Shown: in pieces, positions 55,301 through 64,000 of the stretch
Layout: each line of letters opens with the position of its first letter
Numbering within the stretch: position 1 is the stretch's first letter
Assembly: GCA_964016885.1 (NCBI GenBank)
Contig: OZ024740.1
Location: 361,956,001-362,020,000 of the forward strand
From: Eledone cirrhosa
Lineage: Eukaryota
Direction: 5' to 3'
DNA: 64,000 nucleotides
Position numbers and translations under genes: made by a program
Notes under the pieces: model-generated
Databases searched by the model: none
The model's input: only the letters and a program-made list of their open reading frames with translations
Told to the model about the DNA's origin: nothing

Positions 55301-57865
55301 TTGTAAAAAGCGATATCAAAAACAGTGAAATTTACACTGATAATATGTACAAAATTTCAATGTTACTTATTTTGTCCATTGTAACATTTATTTTAACTGT
55401 TATTGATGTCCTCAAGATTTGTCTGCTTTAAATATCGAATTATATGAATGTAATTCATTGTCTGCTTCTGTGAATATATATGTGTTTGTCAACATGTGTA
55501 TTTATGAAGTTTCAAGCAAAATGCTTGATTGATGGAGCAATGATTTTTATAATAAATATACTCTGTAACAACCCATGATGATTCAACGATTATCAAGTTA
55601 TATAGTTGTATTAGAAGACCAAGATAAAAAGGAAGAAAGTTCTTTAGATATTTATCTTATACAAAATGTAGGTTAACACTTCATGGAACATATATAGGTT
55701 TTGAACCATTGATGGTTCTGAGAATGAGTGTTCCAGTTGTTTGAACTACAGAAAAATCCTGCTCCTGAAATAAATATGCTAGTGACTAAGTATTCCAGAC
55801 ATGTGCAACTTTATTGTAGCTCTCTGAAAGACACAGTGTAACACAGTGTGTGGGAAGGCTGGTCTTTTTGAATTTACAGGTACAACTCATTTTTGCTAGC
55901 TGAGTAAACAGGAAACATAAAATATAGTGTCTTGCTCAAGGACAACAACATACAACCGGAAATCAAAATCAAATGACCTTATGTACAAGAGTCAAACACC
56001 CTAACCAATAAGCCACACACCCGAAGGAAAATATTTACTGTTAAAAATAAACTATTTTATAATTATCTAAAAATTAAATAAAAATATCTTAAGAAACAGA
56101 AGAGTTTCTAAAGATTATGTACTATAAAATCAATTGAATTGAATGATACCACATATAATGGTGAATGAAAAGAACATATGTTCTTAACTGAGAACTGATA
56201 TTAAAATTAGACAACTTTAGATTATAAGTGTGATGAAAATAATTTTTAAAATTCATACCACTGCATTATTGTCTATGCTGGTATTTCCATTAGTAATCTT
56301 TTGTAATCGTTTGTAAAATATAAACTTATTACATAAACATTGCACAAAAAGCAACATTTGTTATAGGTAGTATATCAAAACAGTATATGAGAATATTTAA
56401 GATAAATTTAATGTTGATATAACTATAGTTATTTTAACTAGAAACCTTACTCTAAAAAGAATGAACTGTAAACACATTTTCCCTCTCCCCTCTGTACACA
56501 GAAAAACATAAAAAATATGTTTTTGTTCAGAGAGGGAATAGTAGAAAGTGTGTTTAAATCTAATATATGTGTGTTTAAATCTAAAATATATTTAAGTATA
56601 TTTTGAATTTTATTTGCTTGCTTTTTTTTGTGTGCAATAGTCTATATTGTTTTTAAAACAAAACTGGTATACAGGTACACATCATATTTTAAAAAGAAAT
56701 ACTAACCTATGCTTTATATAGTTTGATTGAAGAAATTTATTTGCATTAAGTTACAATCAGCTTAAATAGTGTATATATCATTTTGGTAAGATAATTCCAT
56801 TTAATTCATAATGCAGCCATTCAGCATATGCCAGATGCAAGTTTGTTACCTGCAGGTAACTCTGCCCACAGTTTTCCATCTCTAGGTTTTATATATCCAA
56901 CTTGTTCAACTATTCTATAGTCAGGCATGCATTACAATAAGCTAACATACTTTCAAAATAAGTTAAATATAAAAAATATGTATCTATAAAATAAAATAGA
57001 AGCACTCAGAGCATGTAGTTTATTCTGATAGTTTTCATTATATCTCTATTTATTTCCTTTTCATATAATTTCTCTCTCGTACAAGAGCCATTTAAAAATA
57101 TTTCATATATAATTCTTTATATGTTATTGAAATAAAGAATTCTTAATATAATTCTTTTATCTACATTTTAAAATTACAAATTTTTCTACTACAAGCACAC
57201 TAATATTTTCCATTTTTAAGAAAGTTATTATTTTAACAAAAAATTAAAATATACTAAGACTACTCCATTAACATTAGGAGTATCAATTTATAGTTTAAAA
57301 AGTATCATTAGAAATATTTTATTAGGAAGCATTTTAAAGCTGATGTTTAATTCACAATGTATAATTCCGAATGAAAAGAAATACATGTTAACATGCTGCA
57401 ATAACTGACAAGGAAATATTTAAAAATAGGTTTGTTAATTCAAATATTTATACTATCTTTACTTATGGACAGTTTATTGAGACAATTTTCAGTATTAGAT
57501 TAAAGACTTTCGTTTTTAAATTGATATAGTCATAGTGCTGCTTCATACTTTTCAAGAATGTCTTGTTACTATGGTTTTATCTGGTACAGGTTGCTAAGAG
57601 GTAATGGACAGACATTTTACAAAAGTATGAATATATTATCTTCTTTCATCGATATGTATATATTTTGCTCAGTTAGTTTATTAATATCAGATTATTGATG
57701 TGATATATTTTAATCATGGTCATCTACTAAAATACTGTAGTTTAAATCTAAAGAAATATATTTCATATATTCTATTTATGGCAATGTTTTTCTCAAGGTA
57801 AACAAGATTTATGTTGAATGATATTGTAGTTTACACATGCTATGTTTGCCTCTTTCTGAGTTCTG

Positions 57866-57904
<39 letters not shown>

Positions 57905-58029
57905 ATATATATATATATATATATGTTTGTGTGTGTGTATGTGAATCTGGGTATATATATGTATAATTGTCATCAACATCATTTAATGTCCATTCTCCTT
58001 ATGTTAAATGATGATGATAATTATATGTG

Positions 58030-58077
<48 letters not shown>

Positions 58078-58168
58078 ATGTAATATTTTTATAATTTGTA
58101 ATATATATTTTAGATATTATACATATAATACAGATGTGTGTGAGTGTATGTATATATATATATATGTA

Positions 58169-58243
<75 letters not shown>

Positions 58244-59662
58244 GTGTTTCAAAGAGAGGAGGATGAGATTTTAAAAGTAAGAAAATATTGTGGTTCTTAA
58301 TCTAGTTAACAATCTACTTTATTGCATTAAATTAACTTGTAAATAACTTTCTGTAATTTCCTTAATATTATTATATGCACAAATATAATTATACTGAAAA
58401 TAATTATTTTATTGAATATCAAGAAATGTTTAAACATAGTTCATACGAGTTTGAATTGTAATAAATATTTATAACTTTATGTTAAGACATTTGAAGTGTA
58501 TATTTAAATATATATGTATATTTTATCACGATAGAATATATATGTTTTAGTTTTTGAATTGCCTAATTCTATAATATACTTTAATATTTGTTTTGCTTTT
58601 CTATTTTCATAAAACAGGTAAAAAAGAAGCGTAAGTATTGTTTTATTTTATTTTTTATAAGAATTAGACATTTCCTTATATTTTAACTTTTAATGAAATG
58701 TCAGAAATAAAGATGAAATTTGATTTGATAAAATGGAGTTGAAAATAGTTAAAATTTATAAATAACTTGAAATGAAATTTATAAAATATGTTGTGTATAT
58801 ATTCATGTAAAAGTCAACATATTTAGATTACTTTCTGGCTTAAATGTATGCAGTCCTCTTGTACATAGGTGCTACTTTGAAGGGGCTGAAGTTCATATAA
58901 AATCAAAAATATTGTATCACCAGAACCATCAAACAATGAATTATAGTAAAAACACTGATGTTCCTATTTATCAAAATGTTCTTCCTATTATCTATAAAGA
59001 CAAATATGGCCACGCAGCTCTTATAAATATTTACACTTACATATAGCAGAACACTAAAACATTGAAAAATTAATTTCCTTATTGTAACATTTATGTTCAG
59101 AGTATTACCTTGATTCACAAATGTTGATTTGTTGTCCATGAAGAATTAGGGTCAACGTTTACATGAGATGCATGGGCAAATCCAAATTTTGGAGCAAATA
59201 ATGGGGGGGGGGGGTTTACTTTTACATGAATATATATGGTAATTGCTTTTTGTTGAACTCCTTAATCATGTTTTTGTTATGTCCTCTCCAACAGAGAAAC
59301 TGGCAAGGCTCCACATTTTACTCAAAAGCCTATCATAAAACAGCCTCAGAAAAATCAGCTTACTATGACATGCAATCTTGAATCAACCTCCCAACCAATT
59401 ATCAAATGGTTTCGAGAAGCTACAGAAATCAAGCAGGGTGGACGCTATACTATACAAACAACCAAGGATCCTAAAGGTCCTAATATGTATATTATTGTAC
59501 TGACAATCAAAGTAAGTTACATTTGGAGAAACTCTTTTATTCTTTTACTGATTTTGGGCATTAGAATCTTGATACATCGTGGCACCACCTTGATTTAGTC
59601 GATCATACTCAATACTTTTTTTTTTAACCTGTTACTTATTTTATCAATCTTTCTCTCTTTCT

Positions 59663-59729
<67 letters not shown>

Positions 59730-62336
59730 GCACACACAAAAGGCTTCAGCAGTTTCCATTTACTAAATTTCATTCACAATGCATGGTCAAACCTCAAGCC
59801 ATTTTGAAAATAATCAAGAATTTGAAGGAATGTAACATTAAGTCGATGTTTGGAACATATATTAACAAAAATTCTTACATAAGAATATGGTGGAAGGTTT
59901 TTTTATAAATATAGACACTTTAAAATAAACAGCTATATATCAGAGAACTAGGGATTATTTCAGATAATAGGGTATGGAAAGGGTCAAATGTTAGTTAAAA
60001 TTACATTTAAAGTTCAGCCAAATGAAAGCTAATTGTTGCATTGTAATTTATTAGAGAACATCATAATCTATTATAACATGAATAATTTGTGGTATCTAAG
60101 ATTTTTGAAAAAGTATTATACTTTATTCCTTGATTTATTTGTGTTATTCTTTTCCACTCTCATATTTCTTGTTTTGCTCCTCTATCTTACTATAGACTAT
60201 TTCTAAGTTCTGAACTCTCAATTGCAGGATCCAGCCCCAGCTGATGGTGGTGTATACAAATGTGTTGCTTCAAATGAGAATGGCGAATCTAATGCAAATA
60301 TAACATTGAATTTCCAAGGTAAAAGAAATAAAAATCCAAAAATATCTGTGGTTTACATCAGTGTAATATAGCAATTGGTATGCTGGCCATAATATTTCCT
60401 GATTAATACATCACCAGTGACTATGTGCAATACCTCTGTCGGTTCCAACATCAAGTGTCCTGGTTGTTTGAACGATGGAACAGCCTACTCATAGAATTAA
60501 TGTGCAAGTGGTTGAATATTTCACAGAGACATATACCTGTCATGTAATTCTCAGGGAGATTCAGTTCAGCATAGTGTGTGACAAAACTGATCTTTTGAGT
60601 AGCATGTGCAATTCATTTTTCTGGTTAAGTGTTCTGAAGCAATGGAAATAAAATTTTTCCTCAGGTTCACTCTGTGGTGCTGAGAATTACAGTGATGACC
60701 TTACAATTGTTAGCCAAACACCCTAACCACTAAGCCACGTGCCTCACACCCTTGAATATTTATATACAAATATATAAATACTCTAGATTGTGGCCTTGAA
60801 GAAATTTAAATTGACTGAAGGAAACTACCAAAGACACACAAAAAATTGCTATAATTTTATTCAGAACTTTTAAAATATACTTATATTTCTTTTTAAATAT
60901 TGAATGGTTGTTTGTAGTTTATTCATTCGCAAATAACATGGATCCATTTGGCCTGCACTTATCTCCTGTTTTGAGTTTAAAATGTAAAAGAAACACCTCC
61001 CCTGGATAGAAACAAAATAAAATGAAATTTACAGTACACCTATGTAGGTTTAGCTGACTTTCTATGGGATTATATCTCATAGGAAGTTTGTTTGGTGTTA
61101 TAATGATAGGGGCCCCAGTCCTATCATATAGATGTTGTTACTGCTCTCACCTTTGTAAGTTTAGCTGGCCTCCTACAAGGTTGTATCTTATAGGAAGTTT
61201 CTTGGATGTTTTAATGATGGAGGTTTCAGTCCTATAATGTAGTTGTTATTATTGCTGAAACTTATGTTGGTTTAGCTGACCCCTACAAGTTTGCAACTTA
61301 TAGGAAGGAAGCAACTTACATGTGCAAAAAGCCTCCAGGATATGGAAAAGATGATGCAGCAAGTATTGCTGGCTGTTCTCTGCAGCAATGCTTTTGCCAT
61401 TTTATCTGCAGGGCACAGCTGAAACGTAGCACCCAGCCAAGGTTGTAATTTCCACACTCCCTCACTTTTTCTTTTAAACTTATTTCATTAACCCTTCCCC
61501 TTCTTTTTTTTCTGTTTTCTTTTTTTTTGTAAATACTCCACAGTACTGTTGTTGTTTACAGCAAGTAATTATAATTCCATGGTATCTGAACTTGTTTATT
61601 GAAAATAAAGTCTGGGCAAGGGACACAATATGGTATATGAATTGTTCACCTCTCAGTTAAGAGTCCGGTTGCCTTTTATCTTAAAATAGAGTATACAGAT
61701 GGTACTTTTTATTTTTAAATAGCATGATTTATTATTGAAATATGTTATGATAATTTCATAAAATCATTTGATGCTACAGTTAGGTTAGTGCTGACATATT
61801 TAATGAGCAGTAGAATGCAAATTGAAATTAGTTATGCAGTGAAGAAGAGAGTATATTATTTTGGCAAATACAGAAGATGGCTCAAGACAGTGTTAACATA
61901 ATTATTGCAGTGAGCAGTAAAATGCTAATTAGAAATATTTATACAGTGAAGAAAAGATTATTCTAGTTACAGAAGAGAGCTTGAGATATGTTTTATGCAC
62001 ATTAGACCGCCTTGGAAAAGTATAAGCTTCATTGTACTTACTGAAGTAGTGATGTGAGATTACATTATTTCAAGACATTTTAACAACAATTTTAATACTC
62101 CTCCAGATACAGAAAAAACTGAACAGCCTGCTGGAAAAGGGCCAACTTTCAATGATAAACCTAAAATCTCGCAAGATGCATCAGGGAAAAACATTCATAT
62201 TGAATGTGCATGTACAGCTGATCCAAAGCCTACAATTACTTGGTATAAAGGCAGTACCATCATAAGGGAAAGTACTAGATTGAAACTGAAAACAACTCAA
62301 GATAAAGACAAGTATTCATTCATGCTGGATATATTG
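4625..62336 (+). CDS. unc-22: Twitchin/projectin-like giant muscle protein gene, N-terminal part (9 coding exons, Ig-I domains 1-5; 3' partial)
   Basis: Join 4625-4937, 33664-33679, 47136-47278, 48068-48223, 53967-54272, 58618-58630, 59295-59511, 60228-60318, 62107-62336. All introns are GT-AG with consistent phases, giving one open frame. The N-terminus [15 protein letters not shown] and repeated xPxFxxKP...C...P.P.I.W...D.G.YK..A.N..GES.A.I.LNF domains match what I recall of the N-terminal Ig array of insect projectin and nematode UNC-22. Orthology is inferred from recall. Confidence 0.85.
7270..7458 (-). mobile_element. SINE family A with 15-bp TSD
   Basis: Reverse complement of 2049-2230; aataaacactataat repeated at 7255-7269 and 7459-7473. 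Confidence 0.85.
9338..9390. repeat. (AAGCAGTTCT)5 tandem within a MITE-1 copy
   Basis: Direct reading of the sequence. Confidence 0.9.
11583..12037 (+). mobile_element. 5'-truncated RTE-clade LINE, 3' end
   Basis: ORF 11616-12026 ([11 protein letters not shown]...[10 protein letters not shown]...GRPKKTY...RDRDGWR), (GAT)n tail, ttagtaataat duplicated at 11572-11582 and 12038-12048. Confidence 0.85.
12052..12251 (+). mobile_element. SINE family A with 14-bp TSD
   Basis: Same body as 2049-2230; ttagtaataatttg at 12038-12051 and 12252-12265. Confidence 0.8.
12791..13393 (-). mobile_element. Possible non-autonomous Helitron-like element with nested MITE
   Basis: The left end resembles 19000-19055, which reads on the minus strand as a short hairpin (ccatgaaatttccatgtgg) followed by CTAG|T. 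The right end reads ATCTATC on the minus strand. Internal pieces recur at about 6900-7060 and 23005-23150. Confidence 0.4.
13147..13367 (+). mobile_element. piggyBac-like MITE family 2
   Basis: ctaa|CTCTTTAGCATTT ... AAATGCTAAAGAG|TTAA, a 13-bp TIR; second copy in opposite orientation at about 51500-51720. Confidence 0.75.
16860..17163 (-). mobile_element. Remnant 3' end of a HERO-like (RLE-type) non-LTR retrotransposon
   Basis: Minus strand translates [26 protein letters not shown], similar to the [13 protein letters not shown] C-terminus I recall for HERO elements, followed by a partly duplicated 3' UTR (gtgactccaggatacaacactgat). Confidence 0.55.
17325..18060 (-). mobile_element. Decayed hAT-type transposase fragment (boundaries approximate)
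   Basis: 17613-17666(-) translates [18 protein letters not shown], like the C-terminal FPSSYxVExGFS motif of hAT/Charlie-type transposases; cag..ttctcaaacttt TIR-like end near 17325. Confidence 0.4.
19101..19349 (-). mobile_element. (TA)n-adjacent short element, probable Penelope-like terminal repeat fragment
   Basis: Near-identical to 22152-22370 in reverse orientation; carries gagcactcgatg at 19140 and gcgtttcgcc. Confidence 0.6.
20684..20746 (+). ncRNA. Type I hammerhead ribozyme motif (Penelope-associated type)
   Basis: Stem I UUUUAU/AUAAAA; core CUGAUGA 20690-20696; stem II ggacgtactg/cagtacctct (9 of 10 pairs including G-U); GAAA 20729-20732; very short stem III; cleavage triplet GUA 20738-20740. 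Confidence 0.7.
21496..21980 (-). mobile_element. RTE LINE 3' fragment
   Basis: ORF 21519-21857 ([12 protein letters not shown]...GRGRPRKTW), (GAT)n tail; almost identical to 37396-37880. Confidence 0.9.
21991..22370. mobile_element. Fold-back element between (TA)n tracts (~124-bp inverted arms)
   Basis: Arms 21991-22114 and 22152-22275; same family as 19101-19349. Confidence 0.8.
22405..22600. mobile_element. Fold-back element between (TA)n tracts (~58-bp arms, 1-nt centre)
   Basis: Arms 22405-22462 and 22464-22521, then attgagtactt at 22545. Confidence 0.8.
23174..23364 (-). mobile_element. SINE family A with 18-bp TSD
   Basis: tacattcttatacataat at 23156-23173 and 23365-23382. Confidence 0.85.
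23691..23890 (+). mobile_element. SINE family A with internal 20-bp triplication
   Basis: gtcgataaaataaagtacca repeated three times at about 23790-23849. Confidence 0.8.
24491..24690. mobile_element. Fold-back element (31-bp perfect arms) between (ATAG)n and (CA/TG)n
   Basis: 24595-24625 is the exact reverse complement of 24639-24669; gagtactcgat at 24535. Relatives at 21335-21486, 22405-22600, 51105-51275 and 3583-3640. Confidence 0.8.
24728..24895. mobile_element. Fold-back element, second family; reversed copy at 26185-26340
   Basis: Imperfect arms 24728-24771 and 24795-24838; attgaatactc at 24857; the 26185-26340 copy has gagtactcaat at 26210. Confidence 0.7.
26870..27170 (-). mobile_element. 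RTE-tailed SINE-like element
   Basis: (CAT)n tail plus ggctggatgcccttcctaacaccaacc; related copies at 11020-11220(+), 28610-28892(+), 29940-30110(+) and 39535-39700(-). Confidence 0.7.
27279..28560 (-). mobile_element. Frameshifted RTE LINE (RT C-half to 3' end)
   Basis: ORFs 28002-28358 (GVHQGS, LYADD), 27792-28001 and 27280-27810 ([11 protein letters not shown]). Confidence 0.9.
30490..30663. mobile_element. Small inverted-repeat element flanked by (TA)n
   Basis: atggtgtttagtcataagcctttaaaaatattttcat (30490-30526) versus atgaaaatatttttaaaggcttacgactaaatgccat (30627-30663). Confidence 0.75.
31790..32400 (-). mobile_element. Penelope-like retroelement GIY-YIG C-terminal remnants
   Basis: Minus strand 32400-32225 gives [13 protein letters not shown] / [12 protein letters not shown] / [12 protein letters not shown] (frameshifted), matching the W..KA.PY...C.LC..EK...LN...EL...CRH end of PLE endonucleases. 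LLEALY at about 31810-31828 is probably a second fragment. Confidence 0.65.
32447..32657 (+). mobile_element. Old TTAA-flanked MITE-like repeat (family 3); second copy about 57388-57597
   Basis: Ungapped similarity on one diagonal (offset 24940) with an identical 24-bp core ttcatacttttcaagaatgtcttg; ends ttaa|caccctgta ... tacaggttg|ctaa. Confidence 0.55.
32690..33357. repeat. Diverged ~210-230 bp direct duplication
   Basis: About 32690-32902 and 33120-33357 share atctgttaattactataa, tagccaaga, agaatataagaaa and aaaagctgtcaaaatataatt. Confidence 0.8.
33664..33679 (+). CDS. unc-22: 16-nt microexon, Ig1-Ig2 linker (G-G-A-Q-N-Q)
   Basis: tttatcttttgCAG|gaggagcccaaaatca|GTGAGT. Converts the phase 1 donor at 4937 to the phase 2 needed at acceptor 47136. 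Confidence 0.75.
36361..36990 (-). mobile_element. RTE LINE 3' fragment
   Basis: ORF 36377-36715, (GAT)n tail; sister subfamily of 37396-39098. Confidence 0.9.
37396..39098 (-). mobile_element. 5'-truncated RTE LINE with complete RT domain (frameshifted near 3' end)
   Basis: ORF 37830-39059: [43 protein letters not shown], Cys-rich insert; continues in 37631-37864 and 37438-37680. Confidence 0.95.
39099..39535. repeat. Compound (TA)/(TG)/(TATG)/(TGCA) microsatellite
   Basis: Direct reading; explains the YI/HT/VC-rich spurious ORFs. Confidence 0.95.
40270..40637 (-). mobile_element. Decayed RTE fragment
   Basis: Similar to 27450-27840 and 37630-37990. Confidence 0.75.
41200..41365. repeat. 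Degenerate ~31-bp tandem repeat (5-6 copies)
   Basis: Recurrent gtgggccaattccctcatagatcagtgaa units. Confidence 0.8.
41577..41620 (+). ncRNA. Minimal hammerhead-like motif in a (TA)n-flanked Penelope-like end fragment (41478-41668)
   Basis: Stem I ACAC/GUGU; CUGAUGA plus an extra A; stem II GGCUG/CAGCC; GAAAC; stem III reduced to AACAUU (AACGUU palindrome expected), so possibly inactivated. Confidence 0.55.
42715..44040 (-). mobile_element. Heavily deleted RTE LINE
   Basis: ORF 43636-43902 ([17 protein letters not shown]) plus patches similar to 37500-39060. Confidence 0.8.
44255..44416. repeat. Imperfect (CAC/CAA/CAT)n trinucleotide repeat
   Basis: Direct reading of the sequence. Confidence 0.9.
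44641..45272 (-). mobile_element. CpG-retaining ~630-bp insert between (TA)n tracts, unclassified
   Basis: (TA)n on both sides; aagcactcaatg at 44713; direct repeat gaacaaaggaat near 45000 and 45137. Confidence 0.5.
45420..46070 (-). mobile_element. Two adjacent RTE 3' fragments of different families
   Basis: 45420-45700 has a (GAT)n tail; 45712-46070 has a (GAA)n tail and minus-strand [15 protein letters not shown]. Confidence 0.7.
47136..47278 (+). CDS. unc-22: Coding exon, first half of Ig2 (not in ORF track)
   Basis: ttctatctcTAG acceptor; encodes [47 protein letters not shown]; donor G|GTAAGT. Confidence 0.92.
48068..48223 (+). CDS. unc-22: Coding exon, second half of Ig2
   Basis: ttttCAG acceptor, phase 1; encodes [52 protein letters not shown]; donor A|GTAAGT. 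Confidence 0.92.
50087..50271 (+). mobile_element. SINE family A with 15-bp TSD
   Basis: actattaatacatga at 50072-50086 and 50272-50286. Confidence 0.85.
52343..52580. mobile_element. Fold-back element next to (TA)n (23-bp perfect arms)
   Basis: 52441-52463 is the reverse complement of 52538-52560; inner arm caatcgtt/aacgattg; gagcactcgatg at 52391. Confidence 0.75.
53967..54272 (+). CDS. unc-22: Coding exon, Ig3
   Basis: tttTAG acceptor, phase 1; encodes [16 protein letters not shown]...[12 protein letters not shown]; donor G|GTAAGT. Confidence 0.92.
58618..58630 (+). CDS. unc-22: 13-nt microexon, Ig3-Ig4 linker (G-K-K-E-A)
   Basis: Pyrimidine tract then aaaaCAG|gtaaaaaagaagc|GTAAGT. Converts phase 1 (54272) to the phase 2 needed at the CAG acceptor before 59295. 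Confidence 0.72.
59295..59511 (+). CDS. unc-22: Coding exon, first part of Ig4
   Basis: ctctccaaCAG acceptor; encodes [42 protein letters not shown]...IIVLTIK; donor GTAAGT, phase 0. Confidence 0.92.
60228..60318 (+). CDS. unc-22: Coding exon, end of Ig4 (not in ORF track)
   Basis: ttgCAG acceptor, phase 0; encodes [30 protein letters not shown]; donor G|GTAAAA. Confidence 0.9.
62107..62336 (+). CDS. unc-22: Coding exon, first part of Ig5
   Basis: ctcCAG acceptor, phase 1; encodes [49 protein letters not shown]...FMLDIL; donor GTAAAT, phase 0. No further exon seen before 64000. Confidence 0.9.
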
Positions 62337-62414
62337 GTAAATGAATTTATTCTTCTTCTAATTATTTTTGCACTTAACTTCTTGTTCACTCTCTTTATTC
62401 CTGTGTTATTTAAT

Positions 62415-63050
62415 GTTTTCCAATTCCAGAAAGGCTCAATACAAATTGTTTGTAGCTTCCATTATATCGGTGATAAAATTAATGGTTGGAGAGAATATAA
62501 TAGTTAGAGTAAGAAGATGAAAACATTTCAGAGAGCAGATAACTCTGTTGACAGCAAAGGGTTTCTCTCTATGAAAGAAAGACCAGATGTATGAGGCATG
62601 TGTATGAAGTGTGTGATGTTGCATGGTAACGAAACATGGCAGCAAATTCAGAAGATATGTATAGGCTGGAGAGAGATGAAGCAAGTGTACTTTGATGTAT
62701 GTGCAATATTAATATATGTGAAAGGCAAAGCGTAGATGAGCTGTGAGAGAGGCTGGGTATAAGAGGAACTAGATGTAATGTGCAAGAGAGAAGACTGCAT
62801 TGGGATGGTCATGTGATGCATATAGATGGTGATGAAGTTTCAAGAAACCCCAACAGAATGTAGCTGTGATAGAGGGAGACCAAGGAAGACCTGGAAAGAG
62901 GTTGTCAGAGCTGATCTTAAATCACTGAATTTGACAGAGGAGATGAAGGACCAAGATAATTGGAGAGATGTTGTGCTCGAAAGAAACCATCCAGCCCATG
63001 CAAGCATTTAAAAGCAGATGTAAAACAATGATGATAATCATAATGGTGAT
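62415..63050 (+). mobile_element. Decayed RTE 3' fragment in sense orientation
   Basis: FQFQKGSIQIVCSFHYIGDKI ... [19 protein letters not shown], (GAT)-like tail. Confidence 0.8.
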
Positions 63051-64000
63051 GAAGATTGACATTTTTATAGAACTACAAGTAACTCTTAGCCATTTTTATA
63101 CAAACCTACAAAAAACTGCCCCTGGTTTTGTGAAAAACCATGTTTATTTTAAAGTGTTCATATTTAAATTAAAAACTTTCATCATAATTTTATGGGAGAA
63201 TATTTTTTACATACTAAATATGAACTTTACAAAAAATTTATTTTACTAGAATCTTTAAAACCTTGATTAAAAAAAATTAAATGAAATGCTTCCAATTTAT
63301 TTCATTGGAAACATGGTTATGAAAGTGTTAAATTTATAACCAAGTGAATTATAATGAAATCATTGTAATTCAACACAACGGTCGAAGCATATGTTTTTAT
63401 TATTTTAGTGAGCATGAGTGCACCACCTTTAAATCTTTAGTTAGTAATGTTGACACTTATCTTACTCTGAAATTTATTTTATCAGATTCCTTTTGTTGAA
63501 TTGCTACTACACGAGTTTTTAGGCTGTAAACATAAACATGCATATGCATATATATACAATGGGCTTCAGCATAATTTCTGTATATCAAATTCAACTTCTA
63601 ATTTATTGGTTTGTCCAAAGTTGTATTAGAAGATATGCACCATAAGTGCTACACTGAGAGGTCGAACATTGAACCATATAATCTGGTACTTATTTTATCA
63701 AATCACTAGACTATGGGGCATAACCACTCAGCTGTGCTTGCATCTATATAAAGCCATTTTTATTACAAGTATATCATTTTTAAACTCAATATATACTACA
63801 AAATATACTACATTTATAGGAAACAAAATCATCTTTCATTTGCTATAACTATTTTCTTTTATCTTGTTTGTTTTAACACTTTGATGTCCAGAAAACAATT
63901 TATAATTTACAATTTTCACCATAAAATAAACTAAATGGACCAAATATTGAAAAGCTGTATTTCTTTAAATTTCTTATATTTTCTTTTCCATGTGAAACGG

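Noticed and set aside
62280-62507. Read-through ORF from the last exon into a hydrophobic stretch and RTE sequence (possible membrane-anchored isoform)
   Set aside because: A good donor exists at 62337, the Ig domain would be left incomplete, and T-rich intron sequence naturally translates as hydrophobic.

Overview
AT-rich, microsatellite-dense eukaryotic (not prokaryotic) genomic DNA. The SINE/RTE/(TA)n landscape suggests an invertebrate, probably a cephalopod mollusc such as Octopus (inference). The window holds the 5' coding part of one large + strand gene, a twitchin/projectin (UNC-22/Bent-like) giant muscle protein. It has 9 coding exons from the ATG at 4625 to 62336, encoding Ig domains 1-4 and most of Ig5, and the gene continues past the window. 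Two of the exons are 16-nt and 13-nt linker microexons that the ORF track misses but that reconcile the splice phases. The introns are filled with decayed RTE LINEs, tRNA-type SINEs (several with clean target-site duplications), TTAA-flanked piggyBac-like MITEs, HERO/Penelope/hAT/Helitron-like remnants and tandem repeats. The most unusual signal is a set of short microsatellite-embedded fold-back elements from several unrelated sequence families. They share one layout: the 3' half of a hammerhead ribozyme (GAAAC-stem III-GUH), an ATYGAGTRCTY motif, then the microsatellite. Two nearly complete minimal hammerheads also occur in (TA)n-flanked inserts. All calls were read by eye; no database search or folding computation was run.
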